A stretch of 64,000 nt of DNA from a bacterium. Lineage in GTDB: Bacteria > Zhuqueibacterota > Zhuqueibacteria > Residuimicrobiales > Krinioviventaceae. The translations under genes were made by a program, and so were the position numbers. The notes under the pieces were generated by a model. The model did no database searches. It was not told the DNA's origin and was given only the letters and a program-made list of their open reading frames with translations. Positions 57,879 through 64,000 of the stretch are shown here, in pieces (within the stretch, counting starts at the first letter, position 1; each line of letters begins with the position of its first letter). The stretch covers positions 6,304,001 through 6,368,000 of the forward strand of contig OY843751.1 of assembly GCA_963693055.1 (NCBI GenBank), written 5' to 3'.

Positions 57879-59870
57879 TCAAGTTTTAGATGTATCAAGA
57901 TTGAACCGTATCACAAATGTTGTGCCCCCATTGCGTTCCACTTTGATCTCACCATCAATTTGTTTGGCCAGTACAGTAATAAGATTTAGACCTAAGGATT
58001 CAATATTATTAATATCCATATCTTTAGGAAGACCAATTCCATTGTCTTTTACGCAAATTTCATACCCGTTTTTATTTACAGATTTAAACCATATTGAAAT
58101 ATTTCCGGATTCTGTATTGGGAAAGGCATGTTTAAAAGCATTGGTGATCAGTTCATTGAGAATTAGTCCACAGGGAATTGCATGGTTCACATCAAGTAAA
58201 ATGTCGTTAATGTGTAGATCGTAATGGATCTCTTTTTCAGGGGCATAAATATATTTTATTTCCCGGGAAATGTTTTGTATATAGGTTTTCATATCAATTC
58301 TTGAAAAATCATCGGTCTTGTACAACTGTTCATGAACCAGTGCGATAGAATATATCCGATTGCGGCTTTCCTTGAACGCTGTCAAAGCCTGATCTGTATT
58401 GGTGATTTTGGATGCCTGTAATGTCAACAGGCTGGATATTACATTGAGATTGTTCTTGACCCGATGATGAATTTCTTTGAGCAAGATCTCTTTTTCCACA
58501 AGACTTTTTTGGATCTGTTCTTCAAAGTTTTTCCGATCTGTAATGTCTACAATAATTCCACGCAAGCCTACAACTTTATCATTTAACAATATGGGGCTAG
58601 AGTATATCAAAACAGGAAAGGTTGTGCCATCTTTTTTTATTGCCGTGTATTCGTGGTCATTGCCAATGATCTCACCCTGTAATACCTTTTGAATGTTTTT
58701 CATGGCGCGTTCGCGTTCGCCAGGGATGATAATATCTATGGAGCTAATGCCATTATTAAAATCTTCTAAACTGTAATCAAATGTTTTAAATGCCTGTTTG
58801 TTGACAAAAGTTAATTTACCCTCAAGATCGGTTTCATATATGATTTGCGGTAAAAGTTTTGCCATTTCCTGAAATTTTGTTTCGCTGACTTGCAGTGCGT
58901 TCTCAATTTTTAATCTTTTTTCTTCTTCTTTGACAATTCTAACAGCACCAAACAGATAATAAGTATATACAATCCCAAAAACAAAGAGAATACCTGCTAT
59001 TAAGATCATTTTATGCTGAAAACTCTTGAGGGGAGAAAGTACATGGTTTTCTCTACCTGCAATTGAAATGGACCAGATTTTATTTGCAATATGAATGGGC
59101 GTATATGAAATTAACATTTTTTGGTTGGTTTTTGAGTCGAAATATTTTAAAGAGCCTTTTTCTCCATTTTTCATTTTTTCAATAATTTTGATAAAAGATG
59201 AATCCTGATCGGGCTGACTGATAAACTGGCTGCCAATGTGTTCTTTGTTTTTACAATACAATTCAGTTCCCTGTTCGCTTATCATCCATATGTTACTGTC
59301 ATTTCTGTTTTGTAAATTGTCCAGAAAATTATTAGCAATGTCTTCAAAGGGTATCAATACAGCTATGCTACCGGCATATGTATCACCATCCATAACGGGA
59401 ACATGATAAGCGATGCATCTATAGCCCTGCACCGCAGTGAAAACTTCACTTACAACCGGTTGATGGGTTTTCATTAAGGTCTGTATATGTTTTTGGTAGG
59501 TAAGGTCTGATCCTATTGCACTGTCGTTTGGTGGATATGTAAATGCAAGCTTGCCATCTGCATCTATTCTGGAGATTGTGAGAATTATATTTTCGTTTAT
59601 TCTATAATAATGCTCAAAAATGATATTTGTAAAATTGTCAAATTTTATTATGGGGAGTATTTTTGAATATTTGGTCAACTCTCGATGATAATATCCTATA
59701 TATTCCTGAATTCCTTTTGCTGCCTGATCTGCTAATAATGTTTGCTGATTGTTAAAGTCTTGAATCGTTCTTTCTTTAACATCTAAATATATGGCAAATA
59801 ATAGATAAATAATTGATAGAATAACTAGTAATCCAGAGATATATGTTATTCGTTTTGTATTTAACTTCAT
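57879..59870 (-). CDS. Membrane Cache-PAS HisKA_2 histidine kinase (alternative start 59891)
   Basis: Two TM flanking a periplasmic domain, PAS, EIHHRVKNNL, NELITNAFKHAF, DNGIG. Confidence 0.88.
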   Translation of the reverse strand: MKLNTKRITYISGLLVILSIIYLLFAIYLDVKERTIQDFNNQQTLLADQAAKGIQEYIGYYHRELTKYSKILPIIKFDNFTNIIFEHYYRINENIILTISRIDADGKLAFTYPPNDSAIGSDLTYQKHIQTLMKTHQPVVSEVFTAVQGYRCIAYHVPVMDGDTYAGSIAVLIPFEDIANNFLDNLQNRNDSNIWMISEQGTELYCKNKEHIGSQFISQPDQDSSFIKIIEKMKNGEKGSLKYFDSKTNQKMLISYTPIHIANKIWSISIAGRENHVLSPLKSFQHKMILIAGILFVFGIVYTYYLFGAVRIVKEEEKRLKIENALQVSETKFQEMAKLLPQIIYETDLEGKLTFVNKQAFKTFDYSLEDFNNGISSIDIIIPGERERAMKNIQKVLQGEIIGNDHEYTAIKKDGTTFPVLIYSSPILLNDKVVGLRGIIVDITDRKNFEEQIQKSLVEKEILLKEIHHRVKNNLNVISSLLTLQASKITNTDQALTAFKESRNRIYSIALVHEQLYKTDDFSRIDMKTYIQNISREIKYIYAPEKEIHYDLHINDILLDVNHAIPCGLILNELITNAFKHAFPNTESGNISIWFKSVNKNGYEICVKDNGIGLPKDMDINNIESLGLNLITVLAKQIDGEIKVERNGGTTFVIRFNLDTSKT

Positions 59871-59894
59871 ATTGTTTTCCAGTAACTGCAAGTA

Positions 59895-60338
59895 TTATTG
59901 ATCATTGAAACAATCTATCAATTGATCATCGTTATCAGCATTGAGCAGGCATTCTCTTTTTTCATTGTTTTTAACAATCAACATAAGTTGGGATAATAAT
60001 TTTAGATATTGCGTGTGAGAATTGGGAGGAACTCCTATTAGAAAAACGATGGAAACCGGAGCTTTGTCTATGGATTCCCATTCAACTGAAGTTTTGAGTA
60101 AACCGGTGAGGATGATAAAGTCGTTGCAGTCTGGAATTGTTGCATGGGGAATAGCAACACCCAAACCTATACCCGTACTGAGTATTGACTCTCTTTCATC
60201 AATGGCCCGTTTGAATTGAATACGCTTCTGTTCATCCAAAATACTGGACGAGTTGATCAGTTCATTCAATACACCATGTTTGTCTGTACTACTTAGAAAG
60301 AAAATAGTTTCTTTGGTAATATAATCATTAATTTTCAT
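59895..60338 (-). CDS. PTS EIIA (Fru/Ntr-type) domain protein
   Basis: RE..LSTGIGLGVAIPHA, D..PV. Confidence 0.88.
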   Translation of the reverse strand: MKINDYITKETIFFLSSTDKHGVLNELINSSSILDEQKRIQFKRAIDERESILSTGIGLGVAIPHATIPDCNDFIILTGLLKTSVEWESIDKAPVSIVFLIGVPPNSHTQYLKLLSQLMLIVKNNEKRECLLNADNDDQLIDCFNDQ

Positions 60339-62121
60339 CAGTTGGTTTTTCCTCTTTGTGTTTTACACGAGCAACACCTTCAAAGATGAGTTTTTCTTCA
60401 CCATCAAGCGTTACCATTTGTCCGTCTTTGAGGGTCTCTGTTGCTTTATATGCTCCGGCAAGGGCAACAAGTTCCGGGTTTATACTGTGTATCTCTTCCC
60501 AACTGATGGAAGAAAATTCTTCCAGTATGTAACCTTTAATTTTTGAAAGTATGGGTTTGTACAGCTCATCTATATATTTTGCCAGCAGAATCTCTGTACC
60601 GTCTCCTTTGATTCGTTCTTTGGCCTCAAGAACATCTTTGACCTTGACAATTTTACCGGAAACGGTTTTGCCATAACCGCGCAGACTTTTACCCAAAACA
60701 TTGGCAATCAGATGAACGCGAATGGTATTGAGCATGATGGGAGAGTTTATTGGTACGCCGGCAAGAATAACAAGCTTGTCAAAGGGGTTCAATAAATCAT
60801 GTTTTATTCCTTTTTCAATGGCGTTTTCTAGCATTGAATCAGAATCGCTTGTTACTTCCGAGATTATTGAATAGACGCCCCAGTATAGCAGCAATTTTCT
60901 TCTGACATGTTCATAAGGTGTAACCGCAAGAATATATTGGTCTGGTCTGTATTTGCTGATGAGTTTGGGTGTGTTTCCATGCAGAGATGGGGTTAAAATA
61001 GCATTTGCGCCTATATCTTTGGCTGTAAAGTAAGCTGATCTGGCTACTGTATCTGCCATATTGTTTTTCATTGGCAATTTTACACATTCACGAAGCCGAG
61101 ATTTATATTCATCAGATTTTTCAATTTGTAAGGCTATTTTGTTCATCATTTCAACGGTTTTGCTGGGATATTTACCGCTTGCCGTCTCTCCCGAAAGCAT
61201 AATTGCATCGGTACCGTCCAAAATTGCGTTGGCTACATCTGTTACCTCTGCTCGGGTGGGTGAGGGATTGTCTATCATGGAATCCAGCATCTGGGTGGCA
61301 ACGATAACAGGTTTGTTGTGCATGTTACATTTACGGATAATACGTTTTTGCACAAGGGGTATTTCTTCCGGAGGTAATTGTACCCCCAAATCACCACGGG
61401 CTACCATAACTCCATTTGCGACCCGGATGATCTCGTCAATATTATCCAACCCTTCCTGATCTTCAACTTTGGCAATAATATCAATGTCAACATCACAGAT
61501 GTCAATAATTCCCCGGATTTCTTTAATATCACTGGGTTTACGTACAAAGGATGCCGCAATAAAATCTACTTGGTTTTCAATGCCAAACATAATGTCTTTG
61601 ATGTCTTTTTCGGTAATGGCCGGGAGTGATGTTCTTACGCCAACCACATTGACATTTTTACGACTGCCAATTTCTGCGCCACTCCGGATGATACAGTGGA
61701 TATCGAAATTTGAGACTTTTTCAACTTCCAGATCAACAAGTCCATCTGCAATATATATATGTTTGCCTGCAGAGATCTCACCGGGCAGGGCTTTGTACGA
61801 AATGCTGAGCCGTTCCGCAGTACCTTCAACCTCTTCGGTTGTCAGAATTATATGCTTTCCTCTTTCGAGGTTGATTTTTTTATTATCTTTAACAATGCCG
61901 GTGCGTATTTCGGGACCTTTTGTGTCCAGCAGCAATGCTACGGGTATGGATGTTTGACGGCTTGCTTCTCTCAACATATCCATATTGTTCTTGTGATACT
62001 CGTGATCACCATGAGAAAAGTTGAATCGTGCAATGTTCATTCCGGATATTAATAATTGTTTCATAATATCGACATTGCTGACTGCCGGACCCATGGTGCA
62101 TATAATTTTTGTTTTGCGCAT
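60328..62121 (-). CDS. pyk: Pyruvate kinase with C-terminal PEP-utiliser-like swivel domain
   Basis: TKIICTMGP, RFNFSHG, DTKGPEIR, ARGDLG, ATQML, MLSGETA. Confidence 0.96.
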   Translation of the reverse strand: MRKTKIICTMGPAVSNVDIMKQLLISGMNIARFNFSHGDHEYHKNNMDMLREASRQTSIPVALLLDTKGPEIRTGIVKDNKKINLERGKHIILTTEEVEGTAERLSISYKALPGEISAGKHIYIADGLVDLEVEKVSNFDIHCIIRSGAEIGSRKNVNVVGVRTSLPAITEKDIKDIMFGIENQVDFIAASFVRKPSDIKEIRGIIDICDVDIDIIAKVEDQEGLDNIDEIIRVANGVMVARGDLGVQLPPEEIPLVQKRIIRKCNMHNKPVIVATQMLDSMIDNPSPTRAEVTDVANAILDGTDAIMLSGETASGKYPSKTVEMMNKIALQIEKSDEYKSRLRECVKLPMKNNMADTVARSAYFTAKDIGANAILTPSLHGNTPKLISKYRPDQYILAVTPYEHVRRKLLLYWGVYSIISEVTSDSDSMLENAIEKGIKHDLLNPFDKLVILAGVPINSPIMLNTIRVHLIANVLGKSLRGYGKTVSGKIVKVKDVLEAKERIKGDGTEILLAKYIDELYKPILSKIKGYILEEFSSISWEEIHSINPELVALAGAYKATETLKDGQMVTLDGEEKLIFEGVARVKHKEEKPTDEN

Positions 62122-62227
62122 ATTTATCCTCAAATTGTAAATTTTACCATAAATTTACAATTTAATGTGAAAATTGTACTTGGTTTTATGTTAATATTTA
62201 GTAAAGATAGTACAACAACTGGAAAAT

Positions 62228-62243
62228 AGCAAATGTTATACCA
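62228..62243 (-). promoter_or_regulatory. sigma54 promoter candidate for pyk operon
   Basis: Minus strand TGGTATAACATTTGCT (GG-N10-GC). Confidence 0.55.
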
Positions 62244-62346
62244 ATTTTTTTTTGCAATTTAGGCAAGTCTGAATAGTTTCAGGCGAGTTTGTAAAAAATA
62301 CAGTTAACAGCATATTTTGTGATAAGAACAGGAATAACTTGATATC

Positions 62347-62374
62347 TCCCCGTACTTTTGGGGTGGTACGGGGA
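62347..62374 (-). terminator. Hairpin just downstream of the heparinase-like gene
   Basis: TCCCCGTAC/GTACGGGGA inverted repeat; weak U-tract. Confidence 0.5.
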
Positions 62375-62380
62375 AGATGA

Positions 62381-64000
62381 TTATTGCGTAATTTTTATTT
62401 TATTTTCACCTTTTGATTTTAGTGATTTCTCTGTAAACAAGATGCGATATACTTTATCCTGCCATACACTTTTCAGCTGAACGTCATTTGTTTCGATAGA
62501 TTCAATGTCAATGGACAGGCTATTGTTATCGTAGGTAATTAATACGTCACGTGCGGCATTGTCTGTGCGATCTGCCAGTTTAATTCGGAGGGTACCTTTT
62601 TTATCAATGACCGGTTCAGCCCAGGTCATAAGTGTGTATTGCAGAGGTTTTTCTGACTTTTCAAGGTTGTATTGATCTACCAGGGTAATATCTTTATTAC
62701 GGTTAAAAGTGATCTGGCGCTTCCAGGATTGTACACCGGCATCTTTAGGATATGCTTTTGCCAGATTTAGTTCAAATTGAACCTGTTTTTTATTGCTTTT
62801 GTATTGAACATCCGTAGATTCAAATTGTCTGCCATTTTTTTGCATGACACCGTTGATGGTCGGCAGATTGTGATATGCCGATTGCATCGTCCAGATTTCA
62901 TAACGCTGCTCGCTAAATGTCTTTTTGGTATAGGTTTCAACACCAACATCAATAACAGCGGGGTATCCATCAGAATAAACTAGAAAATTACCTACATCAT
63001 TATGGTTATGACTTTCTTTATTGTGACCCCCTTTAGCGGCAAGATACAATCCTTTACTGGTTCCGGCTTGTGAGCGTGCGGTCAAAACCTGGAGATCATA
63101 AAACCAGTAACCAAGATCTGGTGTGAAAATTGGTTTTGTTTCGTTTAGCTCTTTCCAATTAAATATTGATGCCAATGACCTGCCAAGCCACATACCCGGA
63201 AAAGAAACTGGTTTGTTATCAGAGTATGTTTTGTGGAAATGATAAGCGGCAAAGCTTTGCATGATCTCGTCACCAATTGCTTTTCCATAGCGATAGGTGA
63301 TAAAGGGGTGCCCCCCGAATTTGGCGGGTGCGTCCGCAAAATTGATAAAATATCCATTATCAATATAAACGCGATAGATGTATCGTCCAATTTCTTGTAT
63401 CAAGGGTTGATCGGAAATATCAATTTTACCATTGGTAGCTGAGTAGAGCAGTTCAAGGTTGTCATAAAGTGAACCACCTGCATGCCCCCAATACTTGGGG
63501 CCTTCATCACATCCACCGTCTTTGGGGTAGGGATTGGTAAATTCATCCAAACAACGCATAATCTTGTATACAGATGCGACCCGTTTTTCCTGATCTTTTT
63601 CCACCAACAGTACACAGGTCAACCAGTTTGAACAGATCCAGGGGTTCCAGTTGTTTACAATGCGTTCCTTGTTTAGCCCCATCCACCAAAAATCTTCTCG
63701 TTCAAGGCAAACATCAATAATACGTCGTTCAATTTCGTATTCCAAACGTTCATTGATTAATGGTGATACCGTGTCTAATTTGTCTTTAAGCAAATAGTAA
63801 GTCCATGCCAAAATAGATCCTGTTTGTGCGGCGAACAGGTCAACCGTAGGTTCAGTAACATCCGGAAGGTTTTTACCCCATTTTTGAAAACCTACGTGGG
63901 CTGGTACTCCCCAGTAGGTTTCTTCGCAAATGGCCCAAATACCGTTGGCAATATCATCCAGAAATCGACCTTTGTTTTCCATACATTCGGCAAGGACCAG
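62381..64000 (-). CDS. Heparinase II/III-family protein, 5'-truncated by window edge
   Basis: NNWNPW, DGGCDEGPKYW, NFAD, KGGHNKESHNHNDVG, HNLP; frame open to 64000. Confidence 0.85.
   Translation of the reverse strand: MVLAECMENKGRFLDDIANGIWAICEETYWGVPAHVGFQKWGKNLPDVTEPTVDLFAAQTGSILAWTYYLLKDKLDTVSPLINERLEYEIERRIIDVCLEREDFWWMGLNKERIVNNWNPWICSNWLTCVLLVEKDQEKRVASVYKIMRCLDEFTNPYPKDGGCDEGPKYWGHAGGSLYDNLELLYSATNGKIDISDQPLIQEIGRYIYRVYIDNGYFINFADAPAKFGGHPFITYRYGKAIGDEIMQSFAAYHFHKTYSDNKPVSFPGMWLGRSLASIFNWKELNETKPIFTPDLGYWFYDLQVLTARSQAGTSKGLYLAAKGGHNKESHNHNDVGNFLVYSDGYPAVIDVGVETYTKKTFSEQRYEIWTMQSAYHNLPTINGVMQKNGRQFESTDVQYKSNKKQVQFELNLAKAYPKDAGVQSWKRQITFNRNKDITLVDQYNLEKSEKPLQYTLMTWAEPVIDKKGTLRIKLADRTDNAARDVLITYDNNSLSIDIESIETNDVQLKSVWQDKVYRILFTEKSLKSKGENKIKITQ

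Noticed and set aside
62355-62375. TTGGGGTGGTACGGGG resembling a T-box
   Set aside because: Part of a simple hairpin, no stem I, and no downstream plus-strand gene
1030-63615. Numerous short antisense or overlapping ORFs in the six-frame track
   Set aside because: Lie within confidently assigned genes and show no recognisable motifs

Overview
Gene-dense chromosomal window of a diderm bacterium, probably from the FCB group (KSB1/Calditrichota-like). This is inferred from a PorV/PorQ-type barrel, several proteins ending in a 'YPNPFN...G.YFY' FlgD/T9SS-type C-terminal domain (CTD), pyrR-pyrB-pyrC and a short EF-Ts. Housekeeping blocks are trpS, rocD, pyrRBC, rplM-rpsI-rpsB-tsf-pyrH-frr (with a t44/S2 leader) and pyk. 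Envelope genes include exbB-exbD-exbD-tonB plus a tandem second exbD-exbD-tonB, an S41 protease, DsbD, an amidase and a giant GEVED-repeat protein. I saw no tRNA, rRNA, CRISPR array or transposase. Most notable: (1) an AT-rich minus-strand operon behind a sigma54-like promoter encoding a secreted CotH kinase, a broken beta-helix/CTD gene, a HlyD-like adaptor, a VTC polyphosphate-polymerase domain and a DUF4956 membrane protein; (2) a small lipoprotein that appears to be a circular permutation of the CTD; (3) recurrent sigma54-like and ECF-like promoter motifs; (4) a probable non-canonical start codon for pyrH. All family assignments come from motif recognition by eye; no database search was run.
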